This document shows, piece after piece, positions 20,011 through 29,880 of a stretch of 64,000 nt of DNA; positions within the stretch are counted from its first letter, which is position 1; every line of letters begins with the position of its first letter. The position numbers and the translations under genes are program-made. The stretch is from an uncultured archaeon. Its GTDB lineage: Archaea; Asgardarchaeota; Lokiarchaeia; Sigyniarchaeales; SOKP01. The notes under the pieces were generated by a model that was not told the origin of the DNA, searched no databases, and saw only the letters and a program-made list of their open reading frames with translations. The stretch covers positions 64,001 to 128,000 of the forward strand of contig CAZALK010000004.1 in NCBI GenBank assembly GCA_964486045.1. Direction: 5' to 3'.

Positions 20011-20343
20011 GACACTAATGCAGGATTAAATTGGTGAATGTAAAGGTAAATTGGCCCTAGGCACCTATAGTCCTCAGTCGTTTGGATAAAATTCATTTTA
20101 AATTCTTGTAGAAAAAATCCAAAAGTTACTTCAGGTAATTTTATCTCATAAAGCAATAAGCCTTTTTCAATATTAATAGTGATAATCCTAGAATATTTGT
20201 CGTATTTCAACATTAATGTAAAAAGTATTATTTAAAATTCAAAAAGTGATGTTCATCAGTTAGATTAGAAAAGAAGTTTACTAGAAAATCTTTAAATTTA
20301 TAGAAAAAAAAGGAAAGTTAAAGATTAAAAGTTGACTTTTAAT

Positions 20344-21777
20344 CTATTTCAGTTTTTTTTTTTGCTTCCTTATGAGTGAAAATGTTGATACCGTAGCAAG
20401 TGCGAGAACAATGGGTAGATAATATCCCGGAACTGCAGGACTTGGAGTGGTTGGGGGATCTGGAGGGTCTGGAGGGTCTGGAGGATCTGGAGGGTCTGGA
20501 GGATCTGGGGGGTCTGGGGGTGCGTCAATCCCGAACATATTGTAATACTTATAATACGTAGATTGTTGATGCCTTATACTATTATTATATTCCCCGAATA
20601 CCCAGAAAACTTCATTAGGGAAAGTCATGGTCCCATATCCACCAACTATAATTCCAATCTCCTCGCTTGCGTTGTAAAGTTCAAGTTCCGATTTTGGAAT
20701 TTTTATTTCGAACATTCTATGATCGGACGCGTTGTTTGCGCTTGGTCCAAAGCTCCATTGAATATCGTAATTAGAAATCGAAGAGTAGGCATTCAACATA
20801 GCCCCACCAAAAGTATTGGTGTAATTATATCTTATAGTAAACTCAATGTATTCGAAATAGGTCTCGAAAGGTGCGCTATTGTTGCCAATAATACTAAATT
20901 TCATTATATGGTCGGATGATAAGTTCGCAACACCATAATCAAAAGATTCTTGAAGGAAACTCGTCCCATTATTAATTGATTTAGTTTGTTGGGGATCGTT
21001 AGTATTCATCGTTCCATCGTTGTACCAGAACACTACTTTATGGTCATCGATGGTTATGTTAGATCTGGATTTAATCAAGAGTCTCATTTCGTTTACAGCA
21101 TCAGCATAAAAATCAGAAAAAAGTGAGAACCATTCCTTGATATCTACAGAAAAATCTATTTGAGTTAAATTATCACCGACGACAGAAGCAGATGTAATAT
21201 TGAAAGTAGTTGGCCCAAAATCGAAGTTTGTGTAATCTCCTTGAGTATTGCCATGAACGGCGTTATATTCACCATCGTTATTTACATCGTAACCAGAATA
21301 TAATGAAGTTGTTTGATTTCGGAAAAATGGGAGAGGTTGATCGTTTTCTACATCGTGAAGTACTGATTCAGTGCCATTATCGAGATAAGAAGCCCAAGTT
21401 GTTAGGTCATTAAAAGATCTATTATTCACGTTCATCCAGATGGCTAGCCATTCACCTGTTGGATCCCCCGTTTGATCGCTGCACAAATCAAGGCCGACAT
21501 AAAAGTTTGTATGATCTTCACCGAGATACATATAATTGGTGCCGTCTTTATCTGGAGGATTAAAAACATCGTCAATATCCAAAGTGAAATTAATTTTCCA
21601 ATCTCGGTCTGCCCATTCTGCTTCATTAATTACTCCATCAATAACAACCGTCTGCAAAGGTGTTGTTCCACTAGTTTTAGGAACTTGTGCTGAAACACCG
21701 AACGAAAATATACTTAAACACGATAGAATTGTTAAAAAGAACAGCAATAATATCGTTTTAATTTTTCGATTTACCAT
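20344..21777 (-). CDS. Secreted surface protein with a DOMON/CBM9-like domain, (PPD)n linker and Loki-CTERM-like anchor
   Basis: Signal peptide, IDGVINEAEW, many N-x-S/T sequons, and C-terminal VPGY + TM + KKKLK. Confidence 0.8.
   Translation of the reverse strand: MVNRKIKTILLLFFLTILSCLSIFSFGVSAQVPKTSGTTPLQTVVIDGVINEAEWADRDWKINFTLDIDDVFNPPDKDGTNYMYLGEDHTNFYVGLDLCSDQTGDPTGEWLAIWMNVNNRSFNDLTTWASYLDNGTESVLHDVENDQPLPFFRNQTTSLYSGYDVNNDGEYNAVHGNTQGDYTNFDFGPTTFNITSASVVGDNLTQIDFSVDIKEWFSLFSDFYADAVNEMRLLIKSRSNITIDDHKVVFWYNDGTMNTNDPQQTKSINNGTSFLQESFDYGVANLSSDHIMKFSIIGNNSAPFETYFEYIEFTIRYNYTNTFGGAMLNAYSSISNYDIQWSFGPSANNASDHRMFEIKIPKSELELYNASEEIGIIVGGYGTMTFPNEVFWVFGEYNNSIRHQQSTYYKYYNMFGIDAPPDPPDPPDPPDPPDPPDPPDPPTTPSPAVPGYYLPIVLALATVSTFSLIRKQKKKLK
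20453..20521 (-). repeat. 9-bp tandem repeat (~7-8 units) encoding the Pro-Pro-Asp linker
   Basis: GG(A/G)TCTGG(A/G)-type units visible directly. Confidence 0.9.
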
Positions 21778-21885
21778 TATCTTTTCATTTCAGATTTTAA
21801 ATTAGTTTAAAGATAGTATTCAATTTGTCTATATAAATTTGCTTATATTGTTAATTTCCTTTGAAATGTGTGAGATTTTTCAATA

Positions 21886-22968
21886 TTGGCTACTCTCTTT
21901 AAGAGACGTGAAATGAAATACTTATTTAGTGTAATTCACTACCCATTAGTATTTATGATTAAACCCAATGAAAAAGAGCCGGATCAGATCACTGGTAAAC
22001 TAATAACCTATCTGAGAGAGGAACTTCGTGATTCCACAATAGATTATTCCTCACCCTTAACTCAATTAAAGGGTGGGTTTGAAACTTTCATGTATTGTTT
22101 TAAACTAAAGAACGTTAAAGAAGAACTGAATCAATCACTGGTGTTAAGGTTATATCCTGAGTATTATAGTCCTGAGAGTGTGGTCTGGGAAAGCACGATA
22201 CAGAATTCTCTAGCAGACGAAGGATATCCTGTTCCCAGGACACTCATGATCTGCACTGACAAGTCGATATTGGGTGGTGTATTCTTTATTATGGAATTCT
22301 TGACAGGGGAACCCATGATGACTGCTTCTAAAAATGTACCTGAAATACTGGGAAAAAGCCACGCGACTCTTCATAGAATTGATCCAAAGCCATTGATCAA
22401 GTCTCTAAAAAAACAGGGTTTTAAAAAGAATAACTATCTTTTCAAAAAATCTTTTGATAATGATTTAAACGTTGCCAAGAAATCAGAATTACCCTGGGTT
22501 CTTGACATTGTAGAGTGGCTTATAAAGAACCGTCCACCTGAACCGAAGAGTCTCTCAATCTGCCATGGAGACTTTCACCCATATAATATTCTCATCCAGG
22601 AAGGGAAAATCTCAGGTGTGTTGGATTGGGGGGGCACTCTTATGGCTGATCCAGCTATGGATGTCGCCAATACAATTAAGCTAATCACTATCTTTCCAAA
22701 ACATCTCCCCTTAGGGCCAGGATATAAGTCTGTCGATTGGGACAAATTATCACGACAGTACTTGGATGCATACCTTTTACACTTTCCTCTAGATGATACA
22801 AAAATTGATTACTATGGGGTTGTGCGATGCTTAACAAACATCTTAGAAGGTTTAGGGGGTAATCAAGTACTACGTCACCCCCCACTTGTAAGAGATCTAC
22901 TCGAATTCATTCATAAAATCACTGGAATTCGAATACCAGAGTCATTGGAATTGGATATTAATCTATAA
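21886..22968 (+). CDS. Aminoglycoside-phosphotransferase-family kinase (true start probably ~21955)
   Basis: LVLR, FIMEFL.G, CHGDFHPYN, VLDW and DPAMDVA motifs. Confidence 0.88.
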   Translation: MATLFKRREMKYLFSVIHYPLVFMIKPNEKEPDQITGKLITYLREELRDSTIDYSSPLTQLKGGFETFMYCFKLKNVKEELNQSLVLRLYPEYYSPESVVWESTIQNSLADEGYPVPRTLMICTDKSILGGVFFIMEFLTGEPMMTASKNVPEILGKSHATLHRIDPKPLIKSLKKQGFKKNNYLFKKSFDNDLNVAKKSELPWVLDIVEWLIKNRPPEPKSLSICHGDFHPYNILIQEGKISGVLDWGGTLMADPAMDVANTIKLITIFPKHLPLGPGYKSVDWDKLSRQYLDAYLLHFPLDDTKIDYYGVVRCLTNILEGLGGNQVLRHPPLVRDLLEFIHKITGIRIPESLELDINL

Positions 22969-23114
22969 TTTTATTAAATTAACTCAATCTGAAAAATGAA
23001 TAGAAAAAAAATATGACAATTAATCTAGTATAAATCTATTAAGAAGATAAAAAAGCATAAATATCAACAATATATCAATATGCCATAAGTATCAATTTTA
23101 TTTTTTGAAAAATC

Positions 23115-23843
23115 ATGAGTGATACTAAGAAGTCTAAAAAAACTAATATTTTTCTTATAATATTTTTGGTCATTATTATTATAATAACTATTTTATGCAT
23201 AATTTTTCCCTCGTTTGGAGCAATTTTCAACCTTGGTAATTGGTTTAATACAGGTACTTTAGGATCAGTAAATTACTGGGTTGCTATAGGATTTGTAATG
23301 TTATTATGTTTTATCGGAGCTCTGATACCTGTACCAATTCCATACATGCTTCCTGTTGCATTATTTTCCGCTGCTTGGATTGCCGATGGTAGCCTTATAG
23401 CTATTGCCTGGCTCTATATCATTGGTTTAGTATTATTCTCATCACTTGCAAATACGATTGGGGATATTGTAGATTATTATATCGGAAGAGGTGCGGAGTA
23501 TATTTTAAGTCAAGACGATCCTGAATTACAGAATAGGTGGGCTAATTTAATATTAAAACGGCCAAAAGTCATACCCTTCGTTATCGTAATTTTTGGTGTT
23601 TCTCCACTTCCCGAATCACTTCTAATGGTACCATTGGGAATGGTAAAATACGATGTTAAGAAAACATTCTTTTGGATGTTCATTGGCAAAATTCTAATGA
23701 TGCTCGTGATGGTCTTTTTAGGTCAAATATTGATAAATCTAGGATTTTTTGATGAAGGACCAGTAGGTTGGATTATAGGAATTGGAACCCTCTATTTAAT
23801 GTGGATAATAATAGTATTCATGGTAAGATATAAACCAAAATAA
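23115..23843 (+). CDS. DedA/VTT-like membrane protein
   Basis: PVPIPY, GDIVDYYIGRG and SPLPE...PLG motifs with multiple TM helices. Confidence 0.75.
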   Translation: MSDTKKSKKTNIFLIIFLVIIIIITILCIIFPSFGAIFNLGNWFNTGTLGSVNYWVAIGFVMLLCFIGALIPVPIPYMLPVALFSAAWIADGSLIAIAWLYIIGLVLFSSLANTIGDIVDYYIGRGAEYILSQDDPELQNRWANLILKRPKVIPFVIVIFGVSPLPESLLMVPLGMVKYDVKKTFFWMFIGKILMMLVMVFLGQILINLGFFDEGPVGWIIGIGTLYLMWIIIVFMVRYKPK

Positions 23844-23848
23844 GTTAG

Positions 23849-24667
23849 GTGATTGCAATGACTGACGAGAAATATACGTCTAATCACTTACTGTTTACAC
23901 AGAAGGATGCAGTAGCGATTGTGTCTATAAACAAACCACCTATGAACCCAATGAGTCTGGAGTTATTCGACGAGTTGGAAGTGCTAGTCCCGAAGCTTTC
24001 GACTGACCGAACTGTTCGCGCTATCGTGATTACGGGTGAAGGAGAGGATAATTTCTCAGTGGGTATGGACTTAAAACAGATCGCTCAGGTAGGAAACGAT
24101 CCTAAGCGCATGTTAAACATCCTAGACCAACGTGCACGAGTACTCAGCGCGATCGAGAACATTCGTAAGCCAGTAGTGGCCACGCTTTTCGGTTATTGCC
24201 TTGGAGGGGGGCTGGAACTACCACTCTCCTGTCATTTTCGCCTGGCCGCCGAGAATGGTGCAAAGATCGGTCTACCGGAGCTGGATCTAGGCACAGTGCC
24301 AGCTTGGGGAGGAAGTGCGAGATTAATTCGTTGTGTGGGTCGAATGTACGCACTTGATATGATACTACGGGCAAGAATGATTTCCGGTCAGGAAGCATTC
24401 CGGATCGGGCTGGTCAACGAAGTTGTTTCGAACGAGCAGCTTAAAGAACGTGCCTTTGACTTGGCGAAAGAGCTTTCAGAAATGCCAGCGACTGCGGTTT
24501 CTGAAATATTACGTTGTATCGTTGAATATGGGGATCAACCGTTACAGGAAGGGTTACATCAAGAACGTCAGGCGGTAATCAAAACAATGGGTACAAAGGA
24601 CAACCAAGAAGGCATAATGGCTTTCCTCCAAAAACGAAAGCCCAAATTTAATAAGCCTAACTTATAG
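23849..24667 (+). CDS. Enoyl-CoA hydratase/isomerase
   Basis: FSVGMDL, GGGLELPLSCHFR, GLPE..LG..P.WGG and AFLQKRKPKF motifs. GC-richer than its flanks. Confidence 0.93.
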   Translation: MIAMTDEKYTSNHLLFTQKDAVAIVSINKPPMNPMSLELFDELEVLVPKLSTDRTVRAIVITGEGEDNFSVGMDLKQIAQVGNDPKRMLNILDQRARVLSAIENIRKPVVATLFGYCLGGGLELPLSCHFRLAAENGAKIGLPELDLGTVPAWGGSARLIRCVGRMYALDMILRARMISGQEAFRIGLVNEVVSNEQLKERAFDLAKELSEMPATAVSEILRCIVEYGDQPLQEGLHQERQAVIKTMGTKDNQEGIMAFLQKRKPKFNKPNL

Positions 24668-24862
24668 AATTTTGTTCTGGGACTTTTTAAAAAGAAAATT
24701 TATAGTTTAAGCTTGAATTCTATTGTCAATAATAGACCAAATTGAAAAATAAACAGAGAAAAAGCTGAGGGGAGTTTACGATACGCGAACTTTCACAAGG
24801 CTGCCTTAGGTCTTTTCATTGTAATTAAAAAAGTCTAAAAGAAGAGAAATTTTTAAAAATAT

Positions 24863-25660
24863 ATGGAAACAACAATCTATTATTTTACAGGAACAGGAAA
24901 TTCCTTGAAGGTAGCAAAAGATCTCTGCGAAAAATTAAATGGTTGCGAACTAATCCCTATTGCAAAGCAAAGGGAAATGGAAGATCTTGACTCAATCAGT
25001 GAAAAGATTGGTTTTTTCTTCCCTCTGTACTATTCTGGTTTACCTAAAATTGTCCTTGATTTTGTAAAAGAATTAGACGTCAATAAATCTAATTATTTTT
25101 TTGCTGGTGTAACAAGTGCTGAAGATCTTAACGAGTATCCCTTACAACAATTAGAGAAGATTCTGAGAGCAAAAGATAAAAGCCTTAACGCCGGACTTCT
25201 TATTAATATGCCCAACAATTTTGTTATCGGATATGATATTACTTCAGAAAAGGCTCAAATAGATTTTTTCGAAAAAGCAAAAAAAGAAATTGACGATTTC
25301 TCTGAAATTGTGAACAATGGAAAGGATAATTTAGACAGCAGCGTATTTAAAAAAGATACAGGAAGGAGTGACAAAGTTAATGATTGGTTTCAAGCAGAAG
25401 TGAATAACCTTGATAAATCCTTCCATGTTGATGATAATTGCAATAGTTGCGGTGTATGCGAAAAAGTATGTCCAGTTAAAAATATTATATTATCAGATGG
25501 AATCCCTCAATGGCAACATAAATGCCAGCATTGCCTAGCTTGTATCAATTTTTGTCCTGAAAAATCCATTCAATTTGGGGAAAAAACATTAAAAACAGGA
25601 AGATATCATCATCCTGATATAAAACTCAAGGAAATAATCAATCAGAAAAAATCATCCTGA
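24863..25660 (+). CDS. EFR1-family flavodoxin-ferredoxin fusion
   Basis: YFTGTGNS, MPNN, CNSCGVCEKVCP, CQHCLACINFCP and RYHHP motifs. Confidence 0.92.
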   Translation: METTIYYFTGTGNSLKVAKDLCEKLNGCELIPIAKQREMEDLDSISEKIGFFFPLYYSGLPKIVLDFVKELDVNKSNYFFAGVTSAEDLNEYPLQQLEKILRAKDKSLNAGLLINMPNNFVIGYDITSEKAQIDFFEKAKKEIDDFSEIVNNGKDNLDSSVFKKDTGRSDKVNDWFQAEVNNLDKSFHVDDNCNSCGVCEKVCPVKNIILSDGIPQWQHKCQHCLACINFCPEKSIQFGEKTLKTGRYHHPDIKLKEIINQKKSS

Positions 25661-25673
25661 TCGATTTTTCATT

Positions 25674-25865
25674 TCAACTTTCCTGAGAATAAATTATTTT
25701 AGGAGTAGCCCTTATACGAATTGAATTGCTATCTTTTGATTGTTCTTTAATATCTAATAAGCGTTCTAAAAAATCAGTGATACTCTCTTCATCTTTTTTA
25801 CTATCTAATAATTTTTTATAAATTCTTTCGCTAATTTTTATTGTTTTTAAAGTCATAATTCTCAA
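25674..25865 (-). pseudogene. Orphan VapB-like (DUF217-type) antitoxin, probably truncated or fused
   Basis: KTIKISERIYKKL...K..ESITDFLERLL, with no adjacent toxin. Confidence 0.6.
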
Positions 25866-26394
25866 TTGAAACTTTATAATTAGTGGATCTGTTTCAAGTC
25901 TTCTTAATTTCTTAGAATTTAATAACCAATAATAGGATCATTAGTTGCCCCATACGAGGTAGGGGACCCAAGCCCATGATCCCATGGTCCCTCTCATGTG
26001 CGGCTTCCAGAAATAAGATTATTAATCTTTCACTACAACAGAAGTGTTATGGATATATATTTCCAATTAAAAATCTCTTTAAATTAAAAAAGTGGCTTAA
26101 AGGAGTAGCCTATAATGTGGAAGTACACAATCATACTAGAAGTATTGGAATATTTTGTCATTCGAGAGAGACTCCATCTTTGAATCGAGAAGAAGAGATA
26201 AACAAACTGTTTGGAATTTTAAGTAAACATTCAAAGGAAGAGATTAAATACCCTTAAGGAACTATATTAGCATTGTGCTAATCTCGGTATTGGAATTATT
26301 ATTAGTATAATGTGTAAGATGTGGTTCCTGCCGCTGAGAAGGAGTTTTATATTAAATTAAGATAACATTAAAAATCAGTATTATACAAGATATT

Positions 26395-26841
26395 TCAGAT
26401 TTTATGTGAGATAAATTCCTCGGGTGTGTATATTTTAATACCCTTGACCCATTTAAAGTGATTTTGGTTATAGCTAATAATATTTAATCTAAGATTTTCA
26501 CACTGTGTGCCGATCAGGAAGTCTCGGAAATGATGCCTAAATGGTAGGGTGAATCTATTATCTAAAGCATTTTTAAGAACATCTTTTTGCAGGATGGTAT
26601 CCCAATTAAGAAGTATCCCGTTAAACTTCCCAATTTCTTTCAGAAAATTCTCCCATGTAATGCCATTGACGATAAAATAATACCCTACTTCAAAACTCAC
26701 AATTGTAGGAATCGAAATCTTCATCTCAGACTTAAATTGTCTTAAATAATTGATAAAGTGGAGATTGCGAAACACATTTGAATCAAGGGCAATTTTTTCG
26801 AGCAACTCTTTATCCTTGCTTATGCTTGTTTTTTGACTCAC
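26395..26841 (-). CDS. PIN-domain toxin
   Basis: ALDSNVF, FEV and DFLIG motifs. Overlaps the upstream gene by 4 nt. Confidence 0.8.
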   Translation of the reverse strand: MSQKTSISKDKELLEKIALDSNVFRNLHFINYLRQFKSEMKISIPTIVSFEVGYYFIVNGITWENFLKEIGKFNGILLNWDTILQKDVLKNALDNRFTLPFRHHFRDFLIGTQCENLRLNIISYNQNHFKWVKGIKIYTPEEFISHKI

Positions 26842-27161
26842 GATTCCAACCCATAATCCCAGTTGTTTAACAAAATTTTGTCGAGTGAAATCCGTCCCTT
26901 TTTTAATTTTTGTTGGATAGTTTTAGTTTCAGGATCCTTTAACCATATTGCTTCTGTTGCGGCCTGAAGGATCGTTTCTATTTCTTTTTTGCCCGATTTT
27001 TCACTTGGATCTAAGTCTGAACCTTGATTAAGAATTACTTTTTTATATTGCGCAATCGCTCGTTTAATGAGTTCTCCCTGAGAGATATCTAACCAAGCTG
27101 CTAATTTTTTGATTGTTCTCCTTAAATCAGTATCAATGGCAACAGTTGTTTTAATCGTCAT
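26838..27161 (-). CDS. Ribbon-helix-helix antitoxin
   Basis: KTTVAIDTDLRRTIKKLAAWLDISQGELIKRAI. Confidence 0.8.
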   Translation of the reverse strand: MTIKTTVAIDTDLRRTIKKLAAWLDISQGELIKRAIAQYKKVILNQGSDLDPSEKSGKKEIETILQAATEAIWLKDPETKTIQQKLKKGRISLDKILLNNWDYGLES

Positions 27162-27463
27162 AATAATATAGAAGTTATAAGATTATATAATTATATCAAT
27201 TATATTTTTTATAAGTAAGAGTAGAATAGGTAAAACCAATCATATTATTAATTTATTAGATTGTATTAATTGTCGTTGATTATTAGGGCCGAAGTTCTCT
27301 TTTTGAAAAAATCAGAATTATATAGTAGGGATTTATTTTAAGAAAGTCAAAAAACCTAAAGGGTTTTTAAAATCACTGTAAATATATCATAATCCGTAGA
27401 TTTTTCTATTACAATAAAGAACCCATCTTAAGAAAACGAAAATTAATAAAATAGGAAAATAAA

Positions 27464-28663
27464 ATGTCTAAGGAAAAATTTGTAAGGAACAAACCTCATG
27501 TGAACATTGGAACTATTGCCTTAACAATATTTGGTATAATGTCTATAGTTTCGTTCGGAATGATGATATATATTGATATCATGGAAGAGCGAGATAGTGA
27601 TGGTGACACAATCTCAGATCTTGCAGAGGGTAATGCGGGTCATCCTTTATTCTTCGACACTTCGAATGATACTCTATCTTTTCATACATATGAGACAGGT
27701 ACGAGTAATCATGAAGTTGGTCATATTTTGGGTATTTCTCACGATGGGCTTAGTTCGCATGTAAGTGTACAATTAGGTCTGCATGATGACGTTTCCACAG
27801 CGACACCCATTCTTGACTTTAATATTAAATACGACTCTCTAATAGAGTTTTTTGACGGAAATGGAAATGGATTCTTTGACCCTGCAACAGATACGGTCAT
27901 AGGAAAAACAGCATTAAACAATATGCTACGATTAGGGTTTGGATTTGGGGTTGAAGGAGAGCCTGCTTATTATTCAAACTATTCTACTATTGATGGGGTA
28001 TTAAAAGTTGCTTTCTATACTGCTAGAGAACATGTATTACTAAGTCGTCAAGTTGGATTGTTGAGCCCCTTTGAGTTAAAATCTTCCATAACATTTACTG
28101 AATATACACGAATTACAGGCGGGACACACCTGGCTTTAAATCTTTCATTAAGTTCGAGTCATGATATAACATTTTCAGGAACAACTTTATCGGCAATATC
28201 TTCAACAGGGAACTATGAAGCGGTGTATGAATGGTATGATTGGGCAATAATAAACGGTGTTGAAACAAAAGTAAATACAACAGTGCCATCTTCTCCCATG
28301 TCTTTGAATCTTGGATCAATTTACATAAATTTCGGTGAGATAATAAACGGTACATATGATCCGAAATTATCTTGGCAAATACCAAGACCAAGTAGTTTTA
28401 ATATTACGGATCTACCTTGGTCGTATATTACAATTGGTTCTATTGGGTTAATAACGTTAGCTATGTCTGTAAAAAAGTTTAGGAAAAAACCTGGGCGAGT
28501 AACATATGAACCTATTAAATTTTCAGCAGAATCAGTGGATAAGGTTCCAAGAAAAAAGCCTGGACGAGTAACATATGAACCAATTAAATCTTCAACAGAA
28601 TCACGAGATAAGGTTCCAAGAAAAAAACCTGAGCGAGTAAAATATAGTGACATTCCTCCATAA
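27464..28663 (+). CDS. Two-TM membrane protein with mosaic motifs (EF-Tu N-terminal peptide, DSDGD, HExGHxxGxxH, C-terminal repeats)
   Basis: See finding. The frame stays open for 24 codons after the TAA, to 28738. Confidence 0.8.
   Translation: MSKEKFVRNKPHVNIGTIALTIFGIMSIVSFGMMIYIDIMEERDSDGDTISDLAEGNAGHPLFFDTSNDTLSFHTYETGTSNHEVGHILGISHDGLSSHVSVQLGLHDDVSTATPILDFNIKYDSLIEFFDGNGNGFFDPATDTVIGKTALNNMLRLGFGFGVEGEPAYYSNYSTIDGVLKVAFYTAREHVLLSRQVGLLSPFELKSSITFTEYTRITGGTHLALNLSLSSSHDITFSGTTLSAISSTGNYEAVYEWYDWAIINGVETKVNTTVPSSPMSLNLGSIYINFGEIINGTYDPKLSWQIPRPSSFNITDLPWSYITIGSIGLITLAMSVKKFRKKPGRVTYEPIKFSAESVDKVPRKKPGRVTYEPIKSSTESRDKVPRKKPERVKYSDIPP
28481..28660 (+). repeat. 69-bp tandem repeat (~2.6 units) encoding RKKPGRVTYEPIK...DKVP
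   Basis: Units start at 28481, 28550 and 28619. Confidence 0.9.
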
Positions 28664-29003
28664 CCAAAAGAATCATCAAAGACAATTACTAAATCCGAAA
28701 AGAGAATTCCGAAGACTTTACGTCATAGAGATAGATAAGAAAAAAGAATCAGACCCAGGAATATCCTTATAATTAAGGGATATTAAAATGTCTCTTTATA
28801 TATTTCTAATGATATAATAAAAATCCACAAAGAGGAGAAAAAATATATTCTAAGAGGAGAATTTCTAATTTTAATTCGGTAACCGTCTCAGGAAAAAACG
28901 ATTTTTTACAAATTCCTTTAATTTCGTGAATTTAACCAAAGACAGCTACTTATGTATGAAGAAGTGCTTAATTCCAAGAAACAATTCAAGAAAATTTTTT
29001 TTT

Positions 29004-29104
29004 TTTCACTGAAATTTTCATCGTAATCAGACTCTGAATTTCCTTCTGCAATCCGATTTCAAAGGAAATTAAGATAAAATTTAAAAAAGCTCGAATCTTA
29101 GGTT
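29004..29104 (+). repeat. Dispersed non-coding repeat, long copy
   Basis: Aligns with 41435-41525 over ~90 bp, and its 3' end aligns with 3221-3254. Confidence 0.7.
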
Positions 29105-29166
29105 GCAGAAAGAATTTTAAAAATCAATAAAACTATTAAAAATAATATATAGGGAGATTTTAGAAT

Positions 29167-29667
29167 ATGAGTGAAAAGCCTAAAAACACTTCAATCGGGG
29201 AAGCATTTGCATTGCAATATGATAAAATTTGGGAAATGTTGTCTGAAGCAATTGATAATGCTTCGGATGATTTATGGAAATACTCCAAAAGCACTTGGCG
29301 TTATGCGTGGAACTCATTTCACGTAGTAGAAGTAATTTTTTATTTTACCCTTGACGATCCCAAGGGGATTAGGTGGGGCGAGCGTGCAGGTATAAACTGG
29401 GAGAAAGATAGCGAAATTAGGTCTTTAGAAAAAATGAAAAAAATAACAAAGGAATTAGTTAGAGAGTTTATTGATGAGATTAGAGATAGTTGGAGTACAA
29501 AAATAAAAGAAAAATCCAATGATCATTTTTTTTCTAAGGATGATTTCGGTACCTTTGCGTCGAATTTAGAACGACACATCTATTCTATCAGGCATGCTGC
29601 ACATCATATAGGTGAGTTAAATACAGAATTACGGGATTTTAATGATAAAGCAATTGAATGGCAATAA
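29167..29667 (+). CDS. DinB/YfiT-like protein
   Basis: Helical, with an early His (SFHVV) and RHAAHHIGEL. Confidence 0.8.
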   Translation: MSEKPKNTSIGEAFALQYDKIWEMLSEAIDNASDDLWKYSKSTWRYAWNSFHVVEVIFYFTLDDPKGIRWGERAGINWEKDSEIRSLEKMKKITKELVREFIDEIRDSWSTKIKEKSNDHFFSKDDFGTFASNLERHIYSIRHAAHHIGELNTELRDFNDKAIEWQ

Positions 29668-29880
29668 AAAATTTGGTAGATCTCAAGGGTGATAAATACG
29701 TCATCCTTAATGATATGGTAGACTCTTTTTAGATGTCTTGAAAGCCTTATATGACATAACACATATATAATAATATAATTTCTTTTTTGAAATCATTCGA
29801 CTTGTAATAAATAGTTTTTTAGAGCTAAATTGGTGAAAAAATTGGAAGATAAATACAACGAAGTCATAAAGGGGAAGAAA

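Noticed and set aside
20007-20213. 68-aa minus-strand ORF, and likewise 25976-26257 (+) and 1954-2139 (-)
   Set aside because: No motifs or RBS. Probably intergenic debris.
25935-26008. HDV-like ribozyme
   Set aside because: There is superficial similarity, but no room for P3/L3 between P2 and the P1 3' strand
27464-27517. Annotating the ORF as elongation factor Tu (tuf)
   Set aside because: Only 18 residues match. There is no P-loop or any other GTPase motif.
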